59,022 nucleotides of DNA from the IMG/VR virus record IMGVR_UViG_3300000517_000182, positions 1-59,022 of that record. One strand, written 5' to 3'. Below, piece after piece: positions 39,428-48,556 of the stretch. This DNA is from a virus. Lineage: Duplodnaviria; Caudoviricetes. The position numbers and the translations under genes are program-made. Position 1 is the stretch's first letter. Every line of letters starts with the position of its first letter. The notes under the pieces are model-generated. The model was given only the letters and a program-made list of their open reading frames with translations. It did no database searches and was not told the origin of the DNA.

Positions 39428-40636
39428 ATGCGATTTGTAACAGATTTAAGTAAAGGTATTCTAGGAAAACCAGATCCTGTAGAACTATGGGAGGAGATTA
39501 TCAGTGGTATTCCTGATGAGGTTTTTCTTAGAGAAAACGTAAAGATCCTAAGTCCGGCATGCGGCCATGCTACAGAAGCTGATGTTGTAGTAAACCGCAT
39601 GAAGCAGCTTGGCGTTTCGGCGCAAAAAATCAAAGACAGTATCTACCTAGTAGATAAGTATAAGGTCTTTACCAACGATGCTCGTCGAAGAGGATATAAA
39701 AATATCTTTAAAATCGATTTTCTAGAATGGGATCCGGATATGAAATTTGATGTGATAGTAGGCAATCCACCTTACCAAAAAGAAAATAATCAAAATGGCA
39801 AGCTATACCCGAGTTTTTATCTTAAGTCTTATGACTTATTAAAAGATAATGGAACAATTGCATTTGTCACTCCTAGTGCGTGGCTGAAAAGATCTGCACT
39901 GATATTTGGAAAAATGAGAAGAAATATTCTTAATAACGATATCAGTTATATCAGTATGGATGCCAATCGATTTTTTGATGTAGGAGAAAATATTTGTTAT
40001 TTTGTTTTAAAAAAATCATTTAATGAAATCAATACTTCAGTCGTCCAAGATGATATCACCTATAAAGTAAATCTTAATGATACAATAGAATTAGTTCTTA
40101 CTAAAGAAGACAAGTTATGGAAATCCATTAACAGTAAAATTATTAACTCTCCTTTACCTAAAATTGACTGGAGAGAAGACGTGCATGATCATCAAAAGAA
40201 ATTGATAGACGAAGGCATTATTAGCAAAGAAAAAACAAAAGATCATGTCTATCCTATTTACTATACTGCATCTCAAAAACAGTATGCAAATCACCTATTC
40301 GGCGATAAAGATAAATTACGTGTTATGGTTAACCTTAGCGGCCATTGGTATTCTAAAAAAACCCCATGGAAGTATATTCGAGTTACAAGAGCAATGAGTG
40401 GTCAAGGCACTTTACACATTAATTGCGATAATAAATTTGAAGCAAAGTCAATTAAATCATTTTTGAGCTCTAAACTTTATAATTTTTGGGTAAACAAAAC
40501 AAAGACAAGCGGATTTAATACAGGTCTTGGTAATCTTCCCATGTTAGAGACTGATAAAATATGGTCAGATAACGAAATTTATAACAAATTTAATCTAACG
40601 CAAGACGAGATAGATTACATTGAAGAACATAGTTGA
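39428..40636 (+). CDS. N6-adenine DNA methyltransferase (Eco57I-like) with TRD
   Basis: SPACG degenerate motif I; FDVIVGNPPY; AT-rich C-terminal TRD. Confidence 0.85.
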   Translation: MRFVTDLSKGILGKPDPVELWEEIISGIPDEVFLRENVKILSPACGHATEADVVVNRMKQLGVSAQKIKDSIYLVDKYKVFTNDARRRGYKNIFKIDFLEWDPDMKFDVIVGNPPYQKENNQNGKLYPSFYLKSYDLLKDNGTIAFVTPSAWLKRSALIFGKMRRNILNNDISYISMDANRFFDVGENICYFVLKKSFNEINTSVVQDDITYKVNLNDTIELVLTKEDKLWKSINSKIINSPLPKIDWREDVHDHQKKLIDEGIISKEKTKDHVYPIYYTASQKQYANHLFGDKDKLRVMVNLSGHWYSKKTPWKYIRVTRAMSGQGTLHINCDNKFEAKSIKSFLSSKLYNFWVNKTKTSGFNTGLGNLPMLETDKIWSDNEIYNKFNLTQDEIDYIEEHS

Positions 40637-41093
40637 TCATATTCGAAATCTCTCTTATATGAGCGGTGTGGAAAGAGAGAAGGTTAGAGTAAAGGCAACA
40701 GGCGAAGTCTTTACTCCGACTCCTCTCGTGCAAGAAATACTAGATCGATTACCCCAAGACCAATTTACAGATCCAACAAAAACTTTTTTAGATCCTTCAT
40801 GCGGAGATGGCCAATTCCTAGGAGAAGTGCTTATTCGAAAAATGGAAAACGGTAGCACGTTTGAACAGGCACTCGGTACGGTTTACGGTGTTGATCTAAT
40901 GGAAGACAATGTAGAACTGTGTCGAGAACGTCTCCTGTGCGGGCGAGAAGATCTTAGACACATTGTAGAAAATAATATTGTATGTGCAGACGGCTTGCGA
41001 TATCACTATCGATTTGACGGCAGTTATCCTTATGATGACGAAATACAGGAAATAGAATTTGAAGAAAGATGGAACGATTTATTTGAGGAATAA
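40620..41093 (+). CDS. Stand-alone SAM-binding methyltransferase fragment
   Basis: GEVFTP and FLDPSCGDGQF motifs; no NPPY. Confidence 0.8.
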   Translation: MKNIVDHIRNLSYMSGVEREKVRVKATGEVFTPTPLVQEILDRLPQDQFTDPTKTFLDPSCGDGQFLGEVLIRKMENGSTFEQALGTVYGVDLMEDNVELCRERLLCGREDLRHIVENNIVCADGLRYHYRFDGSYPYDDEIQEIEFEERWNDLFEE

Positions 41094-41095
41094 AA

Positions 41096-41548
41096 ATGAA
41101 TAAAAATCTAAAAGTAAAACTCCTAGACACCGCAATGTATGAGTATCCTTTGAGATACGCGACAGAAGGATCTGCCGGACTAGATCTAAGAGCAAGTCTA
41201 GCCCAACCATTTAAACTTTTTCCAAAACAACGCAAGTTGATTAAGACAGGCATCGCTGTTCACATAAATGATCCTGGCATTGTAGGATTTATTACCAGCC
41301 GTTCAGGACTAAATCTAAAACACGGCGTAAGAGTATCTCAAGGCGTAGGCACGATTGATTCCGACTACCAGGACGAGTTAGGCGTTATTCTCTACAACGA
41401 CGGAGATGAAATCTACACCGTAGAACCCTATGAAAGAATCGCTCAGATTGTGTTTATGCCAGTCTATCAGATGAGTATTGACCTTGTAGAAGAATTTGAT
41501 TCCGATAATAATCGCGGCGGCGGTTTCGGCAGCACAGGAAAAACCTAA
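41096..41548 (+). CDS. dut: dUTPase
   Basis: AGLDL, SRSG, GTIDSDY, RIAQ and RGGGFGSTG motifs. Confidence 0.95.
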   Translation: MNKNLKVKLLDTAMYEYPLRYATEGSAGLDLRASLAQPFKLFPKQRKLIKTGIAVHINDPGIVGFITSRSGLNLKHGVRVSQGVGTIDSDYQDELGVILYNDGDEIYTVEPYERIAQIVFMPVYQMSIDLVEEFDSDNNRGGGFGSTGKT

Positions 41549-42489
41549 TGCTAGAAACTGTTCTTAATGTTCCCATTCTGTTTTTTGTTTTTGGGATAGT
41601 TGCAGTATTCCTAGGTAGCAATCTAGAATTGCCAAAAGGAATGACGGATGCTATTACGCTATACCTTATGCTTGCAATCGGCATCAAAGGCGGTATCAGT
41701 CTAGCAGAAGAGCCTGTAAGTTGGGCTACATTTGAACCTACACTGATTGTGGTTTTAGGATCTATCATAGTTGCTACCTATGTGTTTTGGTTGGCAAAAC
41801 GTTTTTGTAGCACAGAAACAGCAGCAGGCATAGCAGCAACCTACGGTTCTAATTCTACAATGACATTTGTTACCGCAGCAGGGTTTCTCACAGCAATGGA
41901 CATTGCCTACGGCGGTTATATGACCGTTGCTCTTGTACTTATGGAAACTCCTGCTATTATCTACGGAATCTACCTTGCTAACAGAGACAACAAAAGTTCT
42001 GTTTGGAACAACGCTCGAACAGCAGTCACAGACGGTGTTCAACTGCTGCTAATTGCCAGTCTGGTTATAGGCTTTGTAACCGTAAGCCTAACAAACAAGA
42101 CTGACATGCTATACGGATTTATCGGCGGTGACATCTTTACAGGTGCTCTCTGCTTCTTCCTACTTGCTATGGGCTTGAAGGTAGGTGACGCTCTTCGAAA
42201 CAATCTCCGCGACAATCTTGATGTTCGTCTTGTGTCACTTGCTCTCCTACTACCTTGGATTAATGGTGGATTAGGATATGCCGCAGGTGTTGCTCTTGGT
42301 CTTACTACAGGCGATCTTTATCTTACTACACTGTTAATGGCAAGTGCTAGTTATATCGTTGCTCCTGCAATCCTAAGCAAAGCAGTGCCTGCCGCAGAGA
42401 TAGGAAAATATTTGACTATGAGCATTGCTGTTACATTCCCTGTAAATATTGTAGTGGGCTTGCCTGTGTGGTGGTATATTATAGGTTGA
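41548..42489 (+). CDS. sbtA: SbtA-family sodium-dependent bicarbonate transporter
   Basis: YLMLAIGIKGG, AATYGS, MET-PAI, ASASYI and TFPVNI motifs; about 10 TMs. Confidence 0.82.
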   Translation: MLETVLNVPILFFVFGIVAVFLGSNLELPKGMTDAITLYLMLAIGIKGGISLAEEPVSWATFEPTLIVVLGSIIVATYVFWLAKRFCSTETAAGIAATYGSNSTMTFVTAAGFLTAMDIAYGGYMTVALVLMETPAIIYGIYLANRDNKSSVWNNARTAVTDGVQLLLIASLVIGFVTVSLTNKTDMLYGFIGGDIFTGALCFFLLAMGLKVGDALRNNLRDNLDVRLVSLALLLPWINGGLGYAAGVALGLTTGDLYLTTLLMASASYIVAPAILSKAVPAAEIGKYLTMSIAVTFPVNIVVGLPVWWYIIG

Positions 42490-42520
42490 CTTCCTGCCGC
42501 AGTTCGCATATACTAATAAT

Positions 42521-43147
42521 ATGATCAAACTGCAAGGCAAACTTCCTCGAAAAATAATCGTAGCCTGCTCAGGCGGTGTAGATTCAATGGCGGTGCTTGA
42601 TTTTCTATCGCGTCGCCATAATGTAGAGGCCGTTTATTTTGATCACGGCACCAAGCATGGTCGTCGTGCTGGAATTTTTCTAACGGAGTATTGTCGACAG
42701 AGAGACATTGTTTTGTGGTACGGAGTGCTCAAGGAAGCAAAACCACAGGGTGTTAGTCAAGAAGAACACTGGCGCAACGAGCGCTACAAAAAACTTGATG
42801 AAATTGCAGATCAGCGCGGCGCCCCTGTTGTAACCTGTCATCACCTCAACGACTGCGTAGAAACTTGGCTTTGGAGCTCACTACACGGCGAAGGCAAGAT
42901 CATCCCCTATCGCAGGCGAGATGTTATTAGACCCTTTCGTCTTGTAGAAAAACGCAATCTTAGACTTTGGGCAGAAATGAATTCTGTGCCCTGGGTAGAG
43001 GATGATAGCAACCAAGATACCTGCTATACTAGAAACTATATTAGACATGAATTGATGCCTCATGCTCTACGAGTAAATCCAGGGCTGAAAAAGGTCATTA
43101 AGAAAAAGGTGCTTAACGATGACTATCAAGCATTCTCCTGTGTTTGA
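42521..43147 (+). CDS. tilS: tRNA(Ile)-lysidine synthetase, catalytic domain only
   Basis: SGGVDS PP-loop, HHLNDCVET, IRP, EDDSN and RNYIRH motifs. Confidence 0.85.
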   Translation: MIKLQGKLPRKIIVACSGGVDSMAVLDFLSRRHNVEAVYFDHGTKHGRRAGIFLTEYCRQRDIVLWYGVLKEAKPQGVSQEEHWRNERYKKLDEIADQRGAPVVTCHHLNDCVETWLWSSLHGEGKIIPYRRRDVIRPFRLVEKRNLRLWAEMNSVPWVEDDSNQDTCYTRNYIRHELMPHALRVNPGLKKVIKKKVLNDDYQAFSCV

Positions 43148-43532
43148 CACAGAAAGAGTAATTGAACACTACAGCGAAAAGGACGGAGTATCAGTTAAGT
43201 ATGTCTGCACTACAGACATTAATAATGTTGACATGCCTGTTGATGTATTCTATAGAGAAACGGCTCATCCGGAGTTCGGCAATAGATACTTTGGTTTGTT
43301 TGTAGATAGATCTAACAGAATTATGATCACGAATGCAGATCGAGTAGAAGAATTAGAGTTTGGTTTGGTAGTAAATGACGACGGTGACTGGGAGTATAGT
43401 CGTAGTAGACACGATTATAAGCAATTTGAAAACGGAAGCATGATAGACGGCGGTAGATCTTATATTCGCTCGTCTGGTTATCATGTCGTTCATCGGGTAA
43501 AAGACGGAGAGTTTGTTAAAGATGAAGATTAA
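43119..43532 (+). CDS. Phage hypothetical protein
   Basis: YSRSRHDY..IDGGRSY motif. Confidence 0.65.
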   Translation: MTIKHSPVFDTERVIEHYSEKDGVSVKYVCTTDINNVDMPVDVFYRETAHPEFGNRYFGLFVDRSNRIMITNADRVEELEFGLVVNDDGDWEYSRSRHDYKQFENGSMIDGGRSYIRSSGYHVVHRVKDGEFVKDED

Positions 43533-43710
43533 AACTGAAATCGAAATGACGCCGGAAGAGGCAAAAGAACTGATTACACCTGATGAGAAGGATATTGACA
43601 GAGGCACAGAGTTATATTATCATTGGCTTGAAACTGTGCAGAAAAGTGCGCAACAGTTTTGGACAGGTGCCCTAAATTCAGAGGCGAAACAAAATGACGG
43701 ACAAGGATAA
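43522..43710 (+). CDS. Hypothetical protein
   Basis: MKIKTEIEMTPEEA; operon position. Confidence 0.55.
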   Translation: MKIKTEIEMTPEEAKELITPDEKDIDRGTELYYHWLETVQKSAQQFWTGALNSEAKQNDGQG

Positions 43711-44143
43711 ACTGCTTGATACTATCTCAAAAATAGGTGAGACAATGCGTGAAGCAATGGAAGAACACGAAAAGAAGAATGATGAGTGGTGGAACAATCT
43801 CACGGAGCAAGAGCGAGAAGATGCTTTCTATGCTGTGTGTAAGCGTATCTGGCAGGCAGACGGCAAAGACGGCGGAAGCTATCGCTACGCGCTCTACGAT
43901 GTGTTTGGATTTGACCCTGGCATGTATGCGTTAGGTATGGAATGCGGTTATATGTCAATACATAACGCAATCTATGACGGAGAAGAGTTGAACAAGATGA
44001 AAGGTGTCAATCGCGTTGAAGTCGTAGATAGACACGGTAGGTCTTACACAAATCGTTTAGAAAAAGGAGAAACTGTGAAATTTTCTCTGCAGGACGATGA
44101 CGAAACACTGAAAGTTTTTATCGACAATAACATCACTGGATAA
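43694..44143 (+). CDS. Phage hypothetical protein
   Basis: Overlapping ORF. Confidence 0.65.
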   Translation: MTDKDKLLDTISKIGETMREAMEEHEKKNDEWWNNLTEQEREDAFYAVCKRIWQADGKDGGSYRYALYDVFGFDPGMYALGMECGYMSIHNAIYDGEELNKMKGVNRVEVVDRHGRSYTNRLEKGETVKFSLQDDDETLKVFIDNNITG

Positions 44144-44148
44144 CAACA

Positions 44149-44448
44149 ATGCCATATATTAAGCAGGAAGATAGGAAACGATTTACATATGCTCCTCAGA
44201 AACTTGGTCCTGAATGTGGTATAAGTTTACTAGAGGAAACTGGTAAACGATGCGGAAACGCAGGCGACTTAAATTATGCATTTACAGTGATAGCACAGGC
44301 TTATTTGAAAGAGCAAGGATTAAACTATCAACACATTAACGACTGCATTGGTGCTCTTGAAGGCTGTAAGCAGGAACTCTATCGCAGAATAGCAGAACCT
44401 TATGAAGATGATAAAATTGCACAGAATGGTGATGTAAAAGGAATTTGA
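44149..44448 (+). CDS. Phage hypothetical protein
   Basis: MPYIK..GDLNY..ELYRR..PYED..NGDV. Confidence 0.7.
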   Translation: MPYIKQEDRKRFTYAPQKLGPECGISLLEETGKRCGNAGDLNYAFTVIAQAYLKEQGLNYQHINDCIGALEGCKQELYRRIAEPYEDDKIAQNGDVKGI

Positions 44449-44449
44449 A

Positions 44450-44860
44450 ATGAAAGCAGAACAACCAGCGGAAGGAATTAGCAAAAAGGCATCATACTCA
44501 GATGCTGTGTGGTATGAAGTAGATTGTCAATGCGGCAGTCCTGATCACTATCATTCTATTTGGATTGAAAGAGATTCAGAAACAAAACTGGTAACGGTAG
44601 AAATCACAACAGAGGCAACTACTGACTTTTGGACGCAGGATGTTCCAGAAAGAGTGAATAATCTTGATTCACCTTTTTTAAATTCGATTTGGCAAACCGT
44701 GGCATACACTGTGAATGAAACAGTTCGCAGAGCACGTCTTATTTTTCGAATTCTGTTTAAAGGTTATGCGAAATACGAATCAACTGTCATACTGACAAAG
44801 CAGCAGGCTTACAATTACAGCAAAGCGATTGAAAAGGCTGCGAAAGAACTAGACTCATAA
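44450..44860 (+). CDS. Phage hypothetical protein
   Basis: CxC..H motif; coupled ORF. Confidence 0.65.
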   Translation: MKAEQPAEGISKKASYSDAVWYEVDCQCGSPDHYHSIWIERDSETKLVTVEITTEATTDFWTQDVPERVNNLDSPFLNSIWQTVAYTVNETVRRARLIFRILFKGYAKYESTVILTKQQAYNYSKAIEKAAKELDS

Positions 44861-44865
44861 ATAGG

Positions 44866-45175
44866 CACTTTTAGGCTACACAAGGACTCTGTTGGTCGAG
44901 AAGTCGATCCGCTACGATTCAGCCGAGGTACGGCCCGTTGCTGAAGGATGTAGTGCGTCCACTCCGCGCGATATCTCCTAAAAACCATGCAAGTGGAACG
45001 AGTGCATGGATAGCGTGAAAACGCGATGTCAACGCAGGTACGGGAAAGGTTAGAGCCCATGGAGATGCGTTAAAAATACCTGCTTCCAAAGTCTCGGCTG
45101 GATGCAACTCACATGAAGCCGTTTTGGTGGAACCTGCACAAGGTTCCGTCTGACCTAATACAATCTACATGAAAC
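44866..45175 (+). ncRNA. Candidate large structured non-coding RNA, family not identified
   Basis: Non-coding GC-richer gap after TAAATA with many helices (see findings); ends approximate. Confidence 0.6.
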
Positions 45176-45282
45176 TTGGATATATACATCAAATAAAAAA
45201 CGAGTCTGCAAAGACGAGTGGTTTCGTGTCAACGAAACTGAAACTGTTTGACTTATATCACAAACTGTATTAAAATAAGCAA

Positions 45283-45429
45283 ATGAATATACCAAATTAC
45301 ATTAGGCTATCTCGAAATCACATTGGCATTGATTGGAAATTGTTTACAAAATCTCCGGAATACATGCGAGAACAAGCAAAGACAAAACAACTAGTAAGGT
45401 ATTTGAAGAATGAAAGCAACAATAGGTAA
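45283..45429 (+). CDS. Small hypothetical protein (48 aa)
   Basis: ATG 6 nt after TTGACT-N17-TAAAAT. Confidence 0.45.
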   Translation: MNIPNYIRLSRNHIGIDWKLFTKSPEYMREQAKTKQLVRYLKNESNNR

Positions 45430-46108
45430 GTATCCTCATTGGTTTACAACACAAAGGGTAGAGCACGCCTATCTTGAATGGCGTCACAAAAAGCCTGCCT
45501 GGGATGTTGACGACAGAGAACATACTACGCTTGACAAGATTGTCATCAAACTTTTAGACGGTTGGCAGACAGTATTATATTATACCGTCAACCAGATACA
45601 AAGTCGCAGGCAGCAGAAAGTACGTGTGCATGTAGACAATTGGGATGTGTGGAATGCCTACCATAGTCTTTCTTATGTTATTCTACCTGTTCTTGAAAGG
45701 CTGCGAGACGAAAAACAGGGCGCCCCTTTTATTGACGACGAAGATGTGCCTGATACACTTCGACCTACAAAGACACAAAAGAAAGAACTTGAAAAAACAG
45801 GCGAAGTTGATGACAAACACTTTGAACGCTGGGATTACGTTCTCGATTCTATGATCTGGAGTTTTCAAGAGATTGCGGAAGGCAAGCCTGGCGAGGAGCA
45901 GTTCTATACAGGCGAGATGGACATTGTATGGACTCCGGTTGACGCAAAAGGCAACGAAGTTTCTGAAGAAGATAGAAAGTATTACAGAATGGACAGAGGT
46001 GAAAACGATACACACGAAGTTGATTGGGAAGGCTTGCAGGCCTACGAAGATAGAATTGATTACGGTTTAAGAATGTTCGGAAAATACTTCAGAGCACTTT
46101 GGGATTAG
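45410..46108 (+). CDS. Phage hypothetical protein
   Basis: WDYVLDSMIWSF and FGKYFRALWD motifs. Confidence 0.7.
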   Translation: MKATIGKYPHWFTTQRVEHAYLEWRHKKPAWDVDDREHTTLDKIVIKLLDGWQTVLYYTVNQIQSRRQQKVRVHVDNWDVWNAYHSLSYVILPVLERLRDEKQGAPFIDDEDVPDTLRPTKTQKKELEKTGEVDDKHFERWDYVLDSMIWSFQEIAEGKPGEEQFYTGEMDIVWTPVDAKGNEVSEEDRKYYRMDRGENDTHEVDWEGLQAYEDRIDYGLRMFGKYFRALWD

Positions 46109-46109
46109 A

Positions 46110-46346
46110 ATGAACACAGAAGATGATGTAAAACTAGTCGCCGCTCTTGCGAGAGAAGTTGAAGTCACAGATCCTATCAACTGGGATAATCTCAACCTTT
46201 CCCCAGAGCAAGCCTACTCAATGATGGCTGCTCATGTAGTAGATTTCTATGACGAAAATGACGCATTGACAAACAAGGCTATTCTTGCTAAACTGTTGGT
46301 TGAAAATTTTACACTTAACCTGAGGCTTGAAAGTGGAAGACGCTGA
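46110..46346 (+). CDS. Phage hypothetical protein
   Basis: Coupled ORF. Confidence 0.6.
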   Translation: MNTEDDVKLVAALAREVEVTDPINWDNLNLSPEQAYSMMAAHVVDFYDENDALTNKAILAKLLVENFTLNLRLESGRR

Positions 46347-46743
46347 ACGAGAAAAACTAGAATCTGACGTAAAGGCAGAGACAAAAGACAAATACGAAAA
46401 AAGCACCATGAGCAAGGCTGGGAAACTTGCTATGGAACTTGCTGAAGAAAAGCGTCGTCTGCGGCAGGAATTGGATGAACTTCAAACAGAATATGAAGGT
46501 GTCAAGCCTACTACCCCTACAGGCACACCTGATTGGTATATCAAATGGAGTGCTGTTATTCTTGCCGTAGTTGGTATCTTCCTAATCTCTGCAGGCTTGT
46601 CAATACCAGGACAGATAGCTTATATCGCATCTGGTGTGGGTTGGATTTATGTAGGCATGCAGTGGAGCGACAGAGCAATTATGATCGGTAGTGCTATTAC
46701 TTCTACTGCTGTGGCAATGAACCTAATGGAAGCACTGCTATGA
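46327..46743 (+). CDS. Small membrane protein
   Basis: DWYIKW followed by three hydrophobic segments. Confidence 0.65.
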   Translation: MKVEDAEREKLESDVKAETKDKYEKSTMSKAGKLAMELAEEKRRLRQELDELQTEYEGVKPTTPTGTPDWYIKWSAVILAVVGIFLISAGLSIPGQIAYIASGVGWIYVGMQWSDRAIMIGSAITSTAVAMNLMEALL

Positions 46744-47132
46744 AAGTAGGACTTTCTCTTTCACGTTGTGTGAGAGATATTTTTGAAAAAAGAGTTGGCT
46801 ACGAAAATATCTTGGTCATAGTGTCAAGAACTGATTTCGACCCCAACAATGACGAACACTGGCGACAGATTTGGCACGGATACTTATATGGCGGAGTAAG
46901 CGAACCTGTTTGGCATGGATTAGAAGATCATGAAACTGATATCAGAAACATCTGTATCGATTTGTACGAGAGCGGCAGATTACATCAACCTCGTCAGTTC
47001 GGATCTGCCAGCCGTTTCAGAGCAGATTATGTATGGCTAGATACCATTGTGTCAGAACCAGATCTAGAAGACAAGCCCGCGGTAAAGAAAGCGTGGGACC
47101 AGTACAAAATCATCGCAGGACTATCTAACTAG
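46740..47132 (+). CDS. Phage hypothetical protein
   Basis: GLSLSRCVRDI and LHQPRQFG motifs. Confidence 0.7.
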   Translation: MKVGLSLSRCVRDIFEKRVGYENILVIVSRTDFDPNNDEHWRQIWHGYLYGGVSEPVWHGLEDHETDIRNICIDLYESGRLHQPRQFGSASRFRADYVWLDTIVSEPDLEDKPAVKKAWDQYKIIAGLSN

Positions 47133-47140
47133 GAGACAAA

Positions 47141-47374
47141 ATGAAAACAACCTATGATGACAAGTGCAAAGTGCATAACACAGATCACGACAAGACAGTA
47201 GAAGCAGAGATTTTAGAATTCGCTCCGCAGCGTCGTCTCGTCATAAGCCTAGAACGTTCTGTTAAAGTTTCTCTCGCATATGACGACAAGCATCACATCT
47301 ATGTAGGTTCTATGGGTGGACTAGAATTTACATCAGAAGGCCCAACAGCATATCATGTAAAGGAAGGAAGGTAA
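47141..47374 (+). CDS. Phage hypothetical protein
   Basis: AGGAG SD. Confidence 0.6.
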   Translation: MKTTYDDKCKVHNTDHDKTVEAEILEFAPQRRLVISLERSVKVSLAYDDKHHIYVGSMGGLEFTSEGPTAYHVKEGR

Positions 47375-47375
47375 A

Positions 47376-47570
47376 ATGCAGGAAGAACTCCAAGCAGTGC
47401 TAGAAAGAATCGCACAGGGTTTGGATGATGTAGATGTTGACTATTTTCAATCAAACATCTATAATCAAATAAAAGACATTGACGCAGAGCCTGAACTAAA
47501 ACAGGCAGTTGTAGATTTACACAGAGCAGCACGACATGCTGTTATCGCACTTGACGAACAAGACTACTAA
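47376..47570 (+). CDS. Phage hypothetical protein
   Basis: Coupled ORF. Confidence 0.55.
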   Translation: MQEELQAVLERIAQGLDDVDVDYFQSNIYNQIKDIDAEPELKQAVVDLHRAARHAVIALDEQDY

Positions 47571-47579
47571 GAGGTTATA

Positions 47580-48179
47580 ATGGATATGAATTTGGTTCCA
47601 ATGGTTGTTGAGCAGACTTCAAAGGGTGAACGTTCTTACGATATATTTTCTAGATTGTTGAAAGAACGTATCGTTATGCTTAACGGGCCTGTAGAGGATG
47701 CGGGTGCTAATCTTATTGTAGCACAGATGTTGTATCTAGAATCTGAAAACTCCGACAAAGATATTACATTTATGATTAATTCGCCTGGTGGCGTAATTAC
47801 TGCAGGCATGGCGATTTATGACACTATGCGATTTATCAAGCCAGATGTTGCTACGATTGTGACAGGTCAGGCTTGTTCGATGGGATCGTTTCTTGCTCAG
47901 GCAGGTGCACCTGGCAAGCGGAAGATGCTGCCAAACGCTCGTCACATGATTCACCAGCCGTCGGGCGGCGCACGTGGAATGGCAAGTGACATTGAGATCT
48001 CTTATAGAGAGATTCAGTATTGGAAGAAGCGTCTTACGGAACTGTATGTGGAGCATAACACTGCTGGCAAGACCTACAATGAGTTCGAGCGTGATATGGA
48101 TCGTGACTATTTTATGAGTGCAGAAGAAGCACTTGAATATGGTCTTGTTGATCGTATTGTGTCACACCGAGGTGAGTAA
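47580..48179 (+). CDS. clpP: ATP-dependent Clp protease proteolytic subunit
   Basis: [27 protein letters not shown] and MDRD motifs. Confidence 0.96.
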   Translation: MDMNLVPMVVEQTSKGERSYDIFSRLLKERIVMLNGPVEDAGANLIVAQMLYLESENSDKDITFMINSPGGVITAGMAIYDTMRFIKPDVATIVTGQACSMGSFLAQAGAPGKRKMLPNARHMIHQPSGGARGMASDIEISYREIQYWKKRLTELYVEHNTAGKTYNEFERDMDRDYFMSAEEALEYGLVDRIVSHRGE

Positions 48180-48304
48180 TGGGCGGTAAATGGCACGGTG
48201 GAAAGGGCGACGGTCGTCGTAAGAAAGCAGACGACAAAAAGTACCGCGAAGGCTGGGACAGGATCTACAGCCAGAAGGGTGAGAAAGATAATAGCAAAAA
48301 GTAA
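48179..48304 (+). CDS. Small basic phage protein (41 aa), not in the ORF track
   Basis: [23 protein letters not shown]; start overlaps the clpP stop. Confidence 0.6.
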   Translation: MGGKWHGGKGDGRRKKADDKKYREGWDRIYSQKGEKDNSKK

Positions 48305-48314
48305 ATAACAACCA

Positions 48315-48406
48315 GGAGGCATGCCAGAGCGGTCGATTGGGGCTCACTGCTAATGAGTTGGTTTCGGAAACGCGACCCGAAGGTTCGAATCCTTCTGCCT
48401 CCGCCA
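48315..48406 (+). tRNA. tRNA-Ser(GCT)
   Basis: Cloverleaf with long variable arm, G73 and encoded CCA. Confidence 0.9.
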
Positions 48407-48410
48407 GTTT

Positions 48411-48497
48411 AGTGGGTTGCCGGAGAGGCTAAACGGCACTGATTGGAAATCAGTTGGTCCCGAAAGGGGCACGAGGGTTCGAATCCCTCACCCACTG
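48411..48497 (+). tRNA. tRNA-Ser(GGA)
   Basis: Cloverleaf with long variable arm and G73; no encoded CCA. Confidence 0.88.
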
Positions 48498-48556
48498 TGA
48501 CTTGACAGGAAAAGAAAAGGCTGTACAATATACAACATATTTAGAGGAAAAAGGCT

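Noticed and set aside
44815-45107. Two minus-strand ORFs, and a group I intron or RNase P reading of this region
   Set aside because: The ORFs lack SDs or motifs; no P7 or RNase P P4 consensus is visible and no gene is interrupted.
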